A program made the translations under genes and the position numbers. Shown here in pieces: positions 1 to 10,500 of a DNA stretch of 64,000 nucleotides. The notes below the pieces were generated by a model. It was not told where the DNA came from and did no database searches. It worked only from the letters and a program-made list of their open reading frames with translations. Origin of the DNA: an uncultured Lentisphaerota bacterium. GTDB lineage: Bacteria; Verrucomicrobiota; Kiritimatiellia; CAIQIC01. Where the stretch lies: assembly GCA_903889245.1 (NCBI GenBank), contig CAISWQ010000038.1:68763-132762 (forward strand), in the 5' to 3' direction. Within the stretch, counting starts at the first letter, position 1. Each line of letters opens with the position of its first letter.

Positions 1-1
1 G

Positions 2-1420
2 ATCACCGATGATCTGGTCGCGCTGGCCGGGACGCTGCGGCAGGCCGTACACGAGGTGTCGCCGGAGACGCGGCTGGGGCACATGCATGCCGGCGCGGTG
101 ATTCACGATGTGGCCCGCGTGGCGCGGGCCTTGGCGGGCGACAAGCGTCCGTTTGTGCGGCCGCAAATCCAGCTCTACCGCGAAGAGATTCCGCTCACGG
201 ACTATCCGGGTCGCTTCTGGGAATTGGATGCGTGGCAGGCGCGCCTGCCGGCGGCCTTCGAGCTTTTCCCGGAATGCGAGAACTATCCCTACGATCCGGC
301 TCTCAAGTCGCCGGTGGCGGCCTTTGCCCATCATGCCTATATTTTATCCGTCGGTGAACCGCGGGTGGCCTTGAGTCTGAATGCCGCTTTCGGGGGAAAG
401 GTGCCCGCGTCCGAGTCGCGTGCGTTGGTCGACTACTTTGCGGAACGTCGTGGTCAGTTGCAGGCCGTCTCGAAATGGTTGCAAGGTGCCACGCAGCCGG
501 CGGGCGTAGCCGTCTGGCAGGATCACGAGCTGCTGAACCTGGGCCTCGTGCGCAGGACGCCCCTGAAGGCGCTGCAGGCACGCGGTGTGCCGCTGTGTTG
601 CGCCCGGACTCCTGATGCCGGCGCACTCCACTGGGGCGAGTCGCTGCAGTCTGTGAGCGAGGCCCACCTCGATGAAATTCTGAAACACGGCGCCTTCCTC
701 GACCTGCGCGCCTTGCAGGTGCTGCAAAGCCGCGGTCGGTTGGCGCAGCTCGGCCTGACGCTTGGGGAACGCTGTACGGCCACGGAGGTGATGCATCTGC
801 GCTACGAACGGCAGGACGGCGGGGTCGAGTTGTGGCCCTATTATTATTTCGTCGGCCGTTTGCCGGGCCGGGAGCATCTGCCGTGTCGGGTGCAGGCGCC
901 GGCGGGCAGGGCGCTCGCCACCTACCTTGATGCGCAACGGCACGCGAGCGCGCCGCATGTGTTCATCTGGACGAGCCCTGGGGGTGCACGCTTTGCGCTG
1001 CTGAATGCCTCGACCGATGCCGCGACGGGCGACTCGCTGTTGAGCCGCTGGAGTGCAGGGTGTCTGGCGCGCGCCCTTGAGTGGGTGGAGGGACGGCCTG
1101 TATTGGCGCGGGTGACGTCCGAGGGCGCCTTCCTGCTCAAGGCGTTATGGCTTGAGGCAGGCGCTGCCATCATGCTGACGCTTTGGAACTTGAGTACGGC
1201 TCCGGCTGCAGCGGCGACGCTTCGTCTGGCACCCCAGATTTCCGCGTGGCAGTGGGCGCGCATAGGAAGTGCTGGCCGTTTGCAACCGGTGACGATCCGT
1301 TCCGTGAATGGTGAACCTTGCCTCGTCTTGGAGCGGCCCATGGCTTCGCTGGAGTGCTGCTTCTTGGTGGCACGACGGGCCGCTGATCTGCCGGTAGATA
1401 AGGATCAAACTGTGCCATGA
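2..1420 (+). CDS. hypothetical protein; 5' end probably upstream of window
   Basis: The reading frame is open from position 2 and runs through ORF 56..1420. Codon usage is GC-rich. I recognise no signature motifs. Confidence 0.5.
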   Translation: MTDDLVALAGTLRQAVHEVSPETRLGHMHAGAVIHDVARVARALAGDKRPFVRPQIQLYREEIPLTDYPGRFWELDAWQARLPAAFELFPECENYPYDPALKSPVAAFAHHAYILSVGEPRVALSLNAAFGGKVPASESRALVDYFAERRGQLQAVSKWLQGATQPAGVAVWQDHELLNLGLVRRTPLKALQARGVPLCCARTPDAGALHWGESLQSVSEAHLDEILKHGAFLDLRALQVLQSRGRLAQLGLTLGERCTATEVMHLRYERQDGGVELWPYYYFVGRLPGREHLPCRVQAPAGRALATYLDAQRHASAPHVFIWTSPGGARFALLNASTDAATGDSLLSRWSAGCLARALEWVEGRPVLARVTSEGAFLLKALWLEAGAAIMLTLWNLSTAPAAAATLRLAPQISAWQWARIGSAGRLQPVTIRSVNGEPCLVLERPMASLECCFLVARRAADLPVDKDQTVP

Positions 1421-3189
1421 AACACCATCTCTATCATGCCGCCATTCTGCTGTCCGTGATGTTACGGGCGGCCGGTGCCGCCGGGACATCCTACGACCTC
1501 TATCAGCCGGCGGTGAAGCACGTCACGATCCACGAGGGCCAGCTCGCGCCGGGGCATTTCGCCTATAACCACATGGCGTCGGTGGAATGGTTCGACGGCC
1601 AGTTCCATTGCGTCTGGGGCGCGCACGCCGAAACGCATCTGGAAGGCAAGCCGGGCCAGCTCAACATCTGGGCGACGAGTCCGGATTTCGAGACGTGGAG
1701 CGCGCCGCAGCCGCTGGCGCATACGGGCGCGCATGCGCTGGCGCGCGATCCGCAGTGCGTGCAATGGCAGCCGAACCTGCTGAACTATCACGACCGCCAG
1801 CTCTGGTGCGTGTGGTCGTTCAACAGCAAGAACACCGAACTCGACGGGCTCTGGTTGAGCACGCTGGACAAAAGTTCCAAGGCTTGGAAACACCGGCGCA
1901 TCCAGCGGCGGCAGGAGGCCAACGGCGTGCCGTGTTCCATCTTCGCGAGCCAGAATCCCGTACTGCTCGCCTCCGGCCGCGTGCTCGCGCCGGTGACCCT
2001 GAACTACCGTGGCGGCAGCACCAACTCTGTCCGGCGCTGGAACGCCTGCTTCTATACCGATGATGGCGGCGCGACGTGGGCCTGCTCGAACCCGATCAGT
2101 TCCGTGGACGATGCCGAGGCGCAGTGGGAGCCGTTCTTCTATGAGCAGGCCGATGGGAAAATCCGCGCCTACATGCGCAACTTCACCAAGGGCGTCGCCT
2201 ATCCCACGCACTGGCGGCTGACGACCACCGGCACCGGCGCGGCCAAGGGCACGCCGGTCAGATTCCCGGACGACCCGGTTTATTCATTCATGGAGACGGT
2301 CAACTGCCGCCCGCAGATTTTCCGACTCGAAGGCGGCCGCTACTGCCTGCTGCAGCAGGATGCGTTCGTGAACCACCGCGACTACTCGACGCGGCTGAAT
2401 ATCGCGCTGAACTTCAGCCGCAGCGGCGCGGACGATTTCGTCGCCGGCCCGCCGGTCTCGCGGCCGGAGGTGATCAGTGCCTACCCGCAGGGCGTCGCGC
2501 ATGGCGGCAACCTCTACCTCGCCTACAGCGCCGGGCCTGGCAACGAGGCGCGCAGCATCGAGGGCGCGATCGTCACGCCCGCGCCGCGCGGCGCTGTCCA
2601 CTACGTCTGGCCGCGCTCGAAGGAACTGATCAAGATGCAGGAAGAGAAGGACGCGGCCGGCAAAAAGAAAGTCGTCCGCACCAATCCCGACGCGCGCACG
2701 GCGCTGCCGAAGATCAAGACGGTGGACCAGCGCAAGATGATCCAGTTCAGCGCGCGCGCCAGCGCCGGCGTTGACCTCGATCCGGTTGATTTCGCCGCCG
2801 GCCAGTCGCTGGCTTTTAAGTTTGAGACCAAGGTACTGCGGCTGCAGCCGGTCGGGCGGCTGGTCTTCTGCTCGCTTGGCGACCGCTTCCCGATCCGGCT
2901 GGGCATGATGGCCAACCGGCCCGACCAGCTCTATGTCTACACGCGCAACCAGTGGGAGCCGGTCTGCGCTTTCCCGATGCAGCAGTGGCACACGGTCCAG
3001 CTCACCGTGCGCGGCGCGGACTTCTCGGTGGCCGTGGATAGCCAGCCGGCAAAAACTTTTCCGAATCCGCTCGTCAACCCGACGCCGCGCCTCTATCTGG
3101 GCGACGGCTTCGAGGTGGACTATGTCTACAGCCTGTCCGGCTCCGAGTTCCTGGTGGACCTCGGCTCGCTGAGCAGCGAGGTGAAGTGA
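1417..3189 (+). CDS. secreted BNR/sialidase-like (six-bladed beta-propeller glycosidase-like) protein
   Basis: N-terminal signal peptide MKHHLYHAAILLSVMLRAAGAAG. There are repeated S/T-x-D-x-G-x-T/W-W Asp-box-like segments (TDDGGATWACS, FHCVWG, LWCVWS). The start overlaps the previous stop. Confidence 0.55.
   Translation: MKHHLYHAAILLSVMLRAAGAAGTSYDLYQPAVKHVTIHEGQLAPGHFAYNHMASVEWFDGQFHCVWGAHAETHLEGKPGQLNIWATSPDFETWSAPQPLAHTGAHALARDPQCVQWQPNLLNYHDRQLWCVWSFNSKNTELDGLWLSTLDKSSKAWKHRRIQRRQEANGVPCSIFASQNPVLLASGRVLAPVTLNYRGGSTNSVRRWNACFYTDDGGATWACSNPISSVDDAEAQWEPFFYEQADGKIRAYMRNFTKGVAYPTHWRLTTTGTGAAKGTPVRFPDDPVYSFMETVNCRPQIFRLEGGRYCLLQQDAFVNHRDYSTRLNIALNFSRSGADDFVAGPPVSRPEVISAYPQGVAHGGNLYLAYSAGPGNEARSIEGAIVTPAPRGAVHYVWPRSKELIKMQEEKDAAGKKKVVRTNPDARTALPKIKTVDQRKMIQFSARASAGVDLDPVDFAAGQSLAFKFETKVLRLQPVGRLVFCSLGDRFPIRLGMMANRPDQLYVYTRNQWEPVCAFPMQQWHTVQLTVRGADFSVAVDSQPAKTFPNPLVNPTPRLYLGDGFEVDYVYSLSGSEFLVDLGSLSSEVK
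1873..1891. repeat. single copy of palindrome AGTTCCAAGGCTTGGAAAC inside the CDS
   Basis: Exact 15-bp core TTCCAAGGCTTGGAA, translated KAWK in frame. Confidence 0.6.
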
Positions 3190-3199
3190 GGAGGCGATC

Positions 3200-4399
3200 A
3201 TGAAACGCGAACTGCAACGACGTGAAGTGCTGAAAGCGGCGCTCGCCGCCGGGCTCGGCAGCGTGGCCGCACTGCCCGCGCGCGCCGAAACTCCGGCGCG
3301 CGTGGCGACCGGCGGCGCGGTACCGGTGGTTCACGCGACCGACCTGTTCCATCCGCATGGCGACCCGGATGATCACTTTGATCTCGCCTGCGCCTATGCG
3401 CTCGCGCAGCGCGGGCGGTTCGATTTGCGCGGCTTGGTCATCGACTATCCGCCGGACTTCCGCGAGGGCGATCCGGCCGTGGTCGCCGTGGCGCAGATGA
3501 ACTGGCTGACCGTACGGTCCGTGCCCGTCTCCATCGGGACGCCGCGCCGGCTGGCGCATCGCAAGGACGCGCTCGCCGGCGCGCCGGCGCAGGAGTTGGC
3601 GGCGGTCGAGTTCATCCTTGGCCAGTTGCGCGCGGCTGACCGGCCCGTGGCGGTGGTGTGCGTGGGTTCCGCGGCGGATGTCATCGCCGCCGCGTTGCGC
3701 GAGCCGCGCCTGTTCAAGGAGAAATGCAGTGGCGTCTATCTGAACAGCGGCTCGGCGCACGATAATCCAAGCAAGCCCGCGCAACTGGAGTTCAACGTCC
3801 GCCTCGATCCCGCCGCCTACGCGGCGATGTTCGACCTGCCGTGTCCGCTCTACTGGTTCCCCTGCTGGCATACGACCGAGGTCCGGCAGAGCGGCGAGTC
3901 GGGCAGCTTCTACTGGCTGCCGCACCGCGAGACGCTCGCGAAGGCATCGCCGGGGCTCGCGCATTTTTTCACCCACATGTTCGAGAAATCCACGAACCCC
4001 AAGTGGCTGCGCGCGATGAAAACGCCGCCCAAGGCGGAGACTTGGCGGAAAATTCTGGAAGGCAAACGCGGCATGTGGTCCACCGCCAGTCAGTTCGTCG
4101 CGGCCGGCCTGACCGTCACACACGATGGCAACCTTGTCCCGGCAGCCGGGGCTGGCGACGCCGCCGTCTTCAAGATGCAGGCGGTGGAAGTCACCTGCGC
4201 CGATGATGGCCGCACGACGTGGCGACCGGCGGACAAGGACACCGGCCGCTGGATGCTGCGCGTCACCGACGTGGAAAAATATCCGGCCGCAATGACGCGG
4301 GCCGTGGCCGAGCTGTTCAGCACGCTCAACGGTGGGCCGGCGGATACACCTGGCCCGCGTCGGGAGAGGGGTGTGGGGCTTTCTTCTAAACGACTTTAG
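3200..4399 (+). CDS. Tat-signal secreted hypothetical protein (possibly a nucleoside-hydrolase-like fold)
   Basis: Twin-arginine motif RREVLKAALAAGLG. DPDDHFDLA resembles the DxDxxxDD motif of nucleoside hydrolases; this resemblance is weak. Confidence 0.55.
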   Translation: MKRELQRREVLKAALAAGLGSVAALPARAETPARVATGGAVPVVHATDLFHPHGDPDDHFDLACAYALAQRGRFDLRGLVIDYPPDFREGDPAVVAVAQMNWLTVRSVPVSIGTPRRLAHRKDALAGAPAQELAAVEFILGQLRAADRPVAVVCVGSAADVIAAALREPRLFKEKCSGVYLNSGSAHDNPSKPAQLEFNVRLDPAAYAAMFDLPCPLYWFPCWHTTEVRQSGESGSFYWLPHRETLAKASPGLAHFFTHMFEKSTNPKWLRAMKTPPKAETWRKILEGKRGMWSTASQFVAAGLTVTHDGNLVPAAGAGDAAVFKMQAVEVTCADDGRTTWRPADKDTGRWMLRVTDVEKYPAAMTRAVAELFSTLNGGPADTPGPRRERGVGLSSKRL

Positions 4400-4437
4400 G
4401 ATTGCGTTTGGTAGAACTAAATGCTGTCATATGGCCT

Positions 4438-5592
4438 ATGAAAACACGGCATTATTGGATGGAATTGATTGAGAAAACCTGGCGGGAGCGTTCCGTCATC
4501 TGGTTGGCTGGTGTGCGCCGGGTTGGCAAAACCTGCCTGTGCCGGTCGTTGTCCGATGTGGACTATTTCGACTGCGAGTTACCACGTGTGCGTCGGGAAC
4601 TGGCGGATCCGGAGGCCTTCCTGCGCGGGTCGCGGGGGAAACGGGTAGTACTCGACGAGATTCATCGGCTGGCCAATCCCGCGGAGTTGCTCAAGATCGC
4701 AGCGGATCATTTCCCTCAAATCCGCGTCTTGGCCACGGGTTCCTCGACGCTGGGTGCCTCGGCCAAATTCAAGGACACATTGACAGGGCGCAAGCGCGAT
4801 CTGCGTCTCACGCCCATGACGGTGAGCGATTTGGATGATTTCGGCCGGCCCGACCAGCGCCACCGGTTGTTGCGGGGTGGGCTGCCGCCGTTTTTTCTGG
4901 CCGACGAATTGCCGGAAAAAGATTTCCAGGAGTGGATGGATGCCTACTGGGCCAAGGATATTCAGGAGCTGTTCCGGCTGGAGCGGCGCAGTTCCTTTCA
5001 AAAATTCTTTGAGTTACTCATGGCCCAAAGCGGCGGCATTTTTGAGGCAACACGGTTCGCCACCCCGTGCGAGGTCAGCCGCCAGACCATCACCAACTAT
5101 CTCGCCGTGTTGGAGGCCACCTTTGTCGTGCATGTCCTGCGGCCCTTCAGCACCCGGCGGGCGACAGAAATAGTGGCCGCGCCCAAGGTCTATGGTTTCG
5201 ACAGCGGCTTTGTCTGTTATCACCGTGGCTGGCATAGCCTGCGCAGCGATGATCTGGGCCCGCTTTGGGAGCATTTTGTCCTCAACGAAATCCAGGCCCG
5301 GCTACCCGGCCAGCCGGTGCTCTACTGGCGCGACAAAAGCCTGCACGAGGTGGATTTTGTCCTGCAACGGCGCGGCGCAGCGCCTTTGGCCATCGAATGC
5401 AAATGGAGCGCAGACGGCTTTGACCCGACGAACCTGCTGGCTTTCCGCCATCAATATCCGCAGGGCCGAAATTTTGTCGTGTGCAACGATGTGGAACGGA
5501 TCAGTCGCCGGCAGCACCGTAACATCGAGGTGGAATTTGTGAATCTACCCCAGCTTGTTGACCGGCTGACAGAGGGAGCAAAACGACTATGA
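4438..5592 (+). CDS. AAA+ ATPase, AAA_14/DUF4143 family
   Basis: Walker A GVRRVGKT and Walker B VVLDEIH, plus a C-terminal DUF4143-like region (YLAVLEATFVVHVLRPF...GFDSGF). GC is visibly lower than in the neighbouring genes. The start could instead be 4402. Confidence 0.75.
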   Translation: MKTRHYWMELIEKTWRERSVIWLAGVRRVGKTCLCRSLSDVDYFDCELPRVRRELADPEAFLRGSRGKRVVLDEIHRLANPAELLKIAADHFPQIRVLATGSSTLGASAKFKDTLTGRKRDLRLTPMTVSDLDDFGRPDQRHRLLRGGLPPFFLADELPEKDFQEWMDAYWAKDIQELFRLERRSSFQKFFELLMAQSGGIFEATRFATPCEVSRQTITNYLAVLEATFVVHVLRPFSTRRATEIVAAPKVYGFDSGFVCYHRGWHSLRSDDLGPLWEHFVLNEIQARLPGQPVLYWRDKSLHEVDFVLQRRGAAPLAIECKWSADGFDPTNLLAFRHQYPQGRNFVVCNDVERISRRQHRNIEVEFVNLPQLVDRLTEGAKRL

Positions 5593-6350
5593 GCAAAACA
5601 AAATCCAAACTCAAACAGGGCCGGAGTGTGCTGGGCGGATGGACGCTGACGGGGCATCCGGCGGTCGCCGAGATCATGGCGGCCGAGGGCTTCGACTTCA
5701 TCGGCGTGGACATGGAGCACACCGCGACGGACGTCGAGGGCTTCTATCACAACGTGCTCGCGGCGAAGAGCACCGACTGCGACGTGCTCGCGCGCCTGCC
5801 CGCGTGCGATCCGGTGCTCGCGAAGCAGGTGCTCGATATGGGCGCGGCGGGCATCATCGTGCCCTCGGTGAATTCGCCGGAGGAGGCCGCGCTCTCCGTG
5901 GCGATGGCGAAGTTCCCGCCCGAGGGTATCCGCGGCGCCTCGCTCTGCCGCGCGACAGGCTTCGGCAAAAACTTCGCCGGCTACTTCGCGCAGCACAACC
6001 GCGAGGTGCTCGTCGTCGTGATGCTGGAGCACATCAAGGCCGTGGAGCAGGCCGACGCGATCCTCGCGACGCCGGGACTCGACGCCGCGTTCATCGGCCC
6101 CTATGATCTCTCGGCCTCGATGAACCTGGCCGGTCAGCTCGACCATCCCGCGGTACAGGAGGCGCAGCAGAAAATTCTCGCCGCGTGCCGCCGCCACGGC
6201 GTCGCGCCCGGCGTCCACGTGGTGCCGCTCGATGCGGGCGAGGTTCACCGCCGCCTCACCGAAGGCTTCCGGTTCATCGCCTGCGGGCTCGACACGGGTT
6301 TCATCCAGGCCGGCTGCCGGCAGATGCTCAAGGCACGGGAGGTCCAATGA
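5589..6350 (+). CDS. HpcH/HpaI-family aldolase (2-keto-3-deoxy-sugar-acid aldolase, plausibly 2-keto-3-deoxy-L-rhamnonate aldolase)
   Basis: Family-typical GWTLTGHPAVAEIMAAEGFDFIGVDMEH and a GIRGAS segment. The gene lies in a locus with GH78 rhamnosidases. Confidence 0.8.
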   Translation: MSKTKSKLKQGRSVLGGWTLTGHPAVAEIMAAEGFDFIGVDMEHTATDVEGFYHNVLAAKSTDCDVLARLPACDPVLAKQVLDMGAAGIIVPSVNSPEEAALSVAMAKFPPEGIRGASLCRATGFGKNFAGYFAQHNREVLVVVMLEHIKAVEQADAILATPGLDAAFIGPYDLSASMNLAGQLDHPAVQEAQQKILAACRRHGVAPGVHVVPLDAGEVHRRLTEGFRFIACGLDTGFIQAGCRQMLKAREVQ

Positions 6351-7327
6351 GCGCGCGCGAAATCATTTTGATTGATGAGGGTGTTTACACAAAAGGCGAG
6401 TCGGTCTTCCGCGCTGCCACCGATGTGGACTGCGTGCAGACGCCAGCCGCCGAGGCCGCGCTGGCCGCGGCGGTGCTGGAGCAGGGCACGCGCGCGGTGA
6501 TCGTGGGAACGAAGCCCTATACCGGTCCGCTCTACGAGGCGCTGGGGAAAAAAGCCAGCACGCTGATTGCGCGCTTCGGGGTGGGGCACGATAGCATCAA
6601 CAAAGACCTCGCGCGCCGCCATGGCATTCTCGTCACCAACACACCCGGCGTGCTCGATGTGAGTGTGGCGGAACACACGGTCGGCCTGTTGTGCAGCCTC
6701 GCGCGGCATATTGCGGCGACGCACGCGGACATGCGCGACGGGAAGTTCGCGCCCCAGACGGGGCTGGAACTGCACGGCAAGACGCTCGGCATCCTCGGCT
6801 TCGGCAACATCGGCCGGCGGGTCGCCGCCAGCGCGCACTTCGGGCTCGGTATGGAGGTGATCGCGTGCGACCAGGTCGCCGCGCCCGCCAACCTCGCGGC
6901 GCTCGGCGTTGCGCGCTACACGAACGACGCCGAGGAATGCTTCCGCCAGTCCGACGCCATCAGCATCCACCTGCCCGCGCTGGCCAGCACGCAGAAGTTC
7001 ATCAACGCCGCACGGCTCGCGTGGCTCAAACCCACGGCGCTGCTGATCAACACCGCGCGCGGTGCGGTGCTTGATGAAGTTGCGCTCTTCGAGGCGCTCG
7101 CCGCCGGCCGCCTCGCCGGCGCGGCGCTCGACGTGTTTGAGCGTGAGCCCTACGTGCCTGCGCAACCCGACAAAGATCTGCGTACGCTCGCCAACGTCGT
7201 GCTCACGCCGCACATCGGCTCGAACACGCGCGAGGCCAACGTCCGCATGGCGGAGGGCGCGCTGGAGAACGTCCGCCACTTCCTCGCCGGCCGCCTTGAC
7301 CTGCTCAACCGCGTAGCCGGCGGCTGA
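6347..7327 (+). CDS. D-isomer-specific 2-hydroxyacid dehydrogenase, NAD-binding
   Basis: GxGxxG motif LGILGFGNIGRRV, LINTARGAVLDE and a catalytic region PHIGSNTREA. There is an ATGA start/stop overlap with the upstream gene. Confidence 0.85.
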   Translation: MSAREIILIDEGVYTKGESVFRAATDVDCVQTPAAEAALAAAVLEQGTRAVIVGTKPYTGPLYEALGKKASTLIARFGVGHDSINKDLARRHGILVTNTPGVLDVSVAEHTVGLLCSLARHIAATHADMRDGKFAPQTGLELHGKTLGILGFGNIGRRVAASAHFGLGMEVIACDQVAAPANLAALGVARYTNDAEECFRQSDAISIHLPALASTQKFINAARLAWLKPTALLINTARGAVLDEVALFEALAAGRLAGAALDVFEREPYVPAQPDKDLRTLANVVLTPHIGSNTREANVRMAEGALENVRHFLAGRLDLLNRVAGG

Positions 7328-7329
7328 AG

Positions 7330-7473
7330 TTTTCCAGGGATTGGAAAACACAACGCCGGTTTTTCCAGGGATGGGAAGATTTCGCGCCCAGCTTTTCCAA
7401 GCCTTGGAAACTCTCGCTGAATTTTTCCCGAGGCCTGGAAAAAGCCGCCGTGAATTTTCCGGGCCTTGGAAAA
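7330..7473. repeat. array of 5 palindromic units (TTTTCCARGNNTGGAAAA-like) at 30-32 bp period
   Basis: The units start at about 7330, 7362, 7393, 7423 and 7455. Copies 3 and 5 are near-perfect; copies 2 and 4 are degenerate. Confidence 0.9.
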
Positions 7474-7507
7474 CCCAGTTGCACACCTCTTGAGGTGTGC
7501 AACTGGG
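7474..7507. promoter_or_regulatory. perfect inverted repeat CCCAGTTGCACACCTC-TT-GAGGTGTGCAACTGGG (15-16 bp stem)
   Basis: The two arms are exact reverse complements. The structure lies between the palindrome array and the kinase start. No T-tract follows. Confidence 0.6.
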
Positions 7508-7558
7508 CGGCGGCAGATGGCGGTTGCGCTTTGGGGCGGCAGCGGCTAGCGTGCGCGC

Positions 7559-10500
7559 GTGATGAAATCGTGGCGTCAAGTGAGGCTGGGGGCCGGCCTC
7601 GCGCTGCTGCTGGCCGGCGGCGTGGCCGGGGCCGCGCCGCAGGACCGGCTTGCCGATCGTTACTCGTGGCGGCTCTGGGGCCGCGAGCAGGATTTCCCCG
7701 ATACGCGGATCCGCGCGCTGGATTTCGATGAGCAGGGACGGCTGTGGTTGGCCACGCCACAGGGCATGGCGCGGTTCGATGGCGTGCGTTTCAATGTCGT
7801 CACCAACCTGCCGCCGGGCATTGCGCCGGTGCGCGGCTGGCTGCCGGACGCGGGCGGGACGCCGTGGGTCTTTGGCGTCGGCGGCGTAGCGCACCTGACG
7901 CGGACGGGCTGGCAGAAGGTGGGCGCCCAAGCGGTGGGGCCGGTGCATGTGCAGGCGGTATTCACGAATGCCACCGGTGGACTGTGGTTGGTTGGCGAGA
8001 AGACGCTGTGGTTTTATCAACACGGCAAACTGACGCGGGTGGAGTGGCCGCCCGGCATGGGTGAGGACGCCCGGATCACGAGCGCCGCCCTGGATGCCGG
8101 GCAGGTCGTCTGGCTGGTGGTGGAGGGCCGGCTGCTGGCGTTTCATGAAGACCACTGGCTGTCCGAGGAGGAGGCGCGCATAGGTCACTGGGAACATGTC
8201 GCGCTGGTGCGTGCGGAGGATCATGGCACGCTGGTGGTGGTGGAACGCGAGGGCCTGCATGTCCGGCGCGGGGGACGCTGGCGAAACCTACCGCTGCCGC
8301 CGCCGGCGGTGGCCGGCGATGCGGCTTTGCTGCGGCCGACGGCGGTGCTGGAGGAAGCCAACGGCAACAACATCTGGTTGGGAACGGCCCACGCGCTCTA
8401 TCGCTGGTCGCGTGGCACGTGGTTGAACCTGACGGATAACGACATCGGTGTGCCGCTGGCCGTGAATGTGCTCGAGCTGGATCGTTACGGCGATGTCTGG
8501 GCGGGGCTGGACAGCGGGTTGCTGTGTTTGCATCGCCGGGCGGTGACGATGCTGCGGACGGGTGAGGCCGCGCAGGACGAACCGATCACGTGTCTGTTTG
8601 CGCTGGCCGCGGGGCAGGTCTGGGCCGGCATCAAGGAGCGTGGCTTGTGGGTGGTCCGGCGCAACGGGTTGGAGCCGCTGGAACTGCCGCTGAAAAGCAA
8701 CCAGACCGTCACGGCGGTGGCGCCGGGCGAGGGTGGCTGGTGGGTGGGTACGCATGGCGATGGCCTGTTCTGGATGACGACCACGCAACTGGTGCCCGTC
8801 GCGTCCACCACCGCTCCCGGATCGCAGACGATCACCGCTTTGCAACGAACACGCGACGGGCGGCTCTGGGTGGGGACGTGGGCAGGATTGTATTGGTTGC
8901 CAGCAGCGGCGCCGGGCACCGGGCAACAGCCGGAGTTGCGGGGTGTCCCCGGTGGCCAGAAGTGGAATGTAACCGCGCTGGCCGTCGAGGGGACGGGCAC
9001 CTTGTGGGTGGCCACGGCGGGGCAGGGACCTTCGCGCCTGGAGCCAGATGGCACCCTGCATTATTTCGGCGAGCGCGATGGCGTCCCCCCCACGGCGCTA
9101 CTTTGCCTGCAGGCCGATCGCGATGGCCGGTTGTGGGCCGGTTGCGCCCGCGGGCTGATCCGGTGGGATGGCCAGCGCTGGCAGGCCTGTGATCTGCGCA
9201 AGGATTTCATCGTGCGCCATCTCTATCATGATGATAGAGGCCGGCTGTGGTGCGGCACGGCACAGGGGCTGCACTGTCTGCGGCCCGACGCGGTCAGGGA
9301 TGCCCTCGCGCAGCGCTCGGTTTCCGGTCGTTATTTTCGCATGGGCGCGGCGGATGGTCTGCCCGCCGCCGAGTGTGTCGCGCAGGTCAGCCAGGCGGTC
9401 ACGAGCGCCGGCAACGAACTCTTCCTGGCCACCCCCGATGGGGTGGCGCGGCTTTCGCTCAACATCGCGCAGACCGGCCGCCGGCCGCAGGCAATGGACA
9501 TCGAGACCGTGAGCGCCGTCGGCCGGCTGCTCTGGAACCGGCTCGGGTGCGTGCCGGGCGAGCCGCTGCCCGGCACGCCGCTCCTCAAGCTGCCGCCGGG
9601 CAGCGAGCCGGTCACCTTTGAGTACGCGATGCCGGAACTGTTCTGGCCGGACCGCATCCGCTATGACTACCAGTGGAAACTGGAGGGCTTGAACGAGGCC
9701 TGGTCGCCCGCCACCACGGAGCCGCGGGTGACCTTCGAGCAACTGCCCCCGGGCGACTACAGCTTCCGGGTGCGCGGCCGGCGCGAGGGCGACTGGTGCG
9801 AGGTGGCGCAGCCGGTGCGTTTGCGCGTGCTGCCGTTCTTCTGGCAGGCCTTGTGGTTCCGCGCGGTCGTCGCCGCGCTGGCGCTGGTCACGACGGTGCT
9901 GGTGGCGTGGCGGTTGCTGCGCGCCCGGTATCGCCGGCGCTTGCTGCGCGCCCAGCAGGCGCAGGCGTTGGCGCAGGAGCGCACGCGCATCGCGCAGGAT
10001 CTGCACGACGAGATGGGCGCGGGCCTCACAGAAATCAGCCTGCTGGGCGATCTGGCCACGACGGAAGCGCACGGCCCCACGCGCACCGAGAACATTTCGT
10101 TGCTGACCCAGCGCGCCCGCGCGCTGGTGACCAAGCTCGACGAGATCGTCTGGGCCGTCAACCCGCGCCACGACCGGCTCGAAGCGGTGAGTGATTTTTT
10201 TGGCAGCTATGCGCAGCAGTTCCTGCGGCCCGCCGGCATCGCGTGCGCGCTGGAGGTGGCCGAGGCCCTGCCGGAACTGCCGCTGGAGGCGCGGGTACGG
10301 CATCAACTCTTCCTGGCCTTCAAGGAGGCGCTGACCAACTTGGTCCGCCATTCCGGCGCGACGCAGGCGCGGTTGCGGATCGCGGTCGAGGCCGGCGGGC
10401 TGACGATCAGCGTGAGCGACAACGGGCGCGGCCTGAAGGCGGAGGGCGCGGCCGGCCTGCATGATGGGTTGCGCAGCATGTGCGCGCGCCTGGAAAAACT

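Noticed and set aside
7330-7473. The palindrome arrays as mini CRISPR arrays.
   Set aside because: The units are self-palindromic at 19-21 bp. The intervening sequences are only 10-13 bp and are themselves partly conserved between loci. Arrays have only 2-5 units and occur at a dozen loci. No cas genes are present.
7330-7473. The palindrome as a sigma-54 or ECF-sigma promoter, or a known global-regulator box (CRP, FNR, LexA, lux box).
   Set aside because: The sequence TTCCAAG-N-CTTGGAA does not match the -24/-12 GG-N10-GC consensus or any of those operator consensi as I recall them. A perfect palindrome is atypical for sigma-factor promoters.
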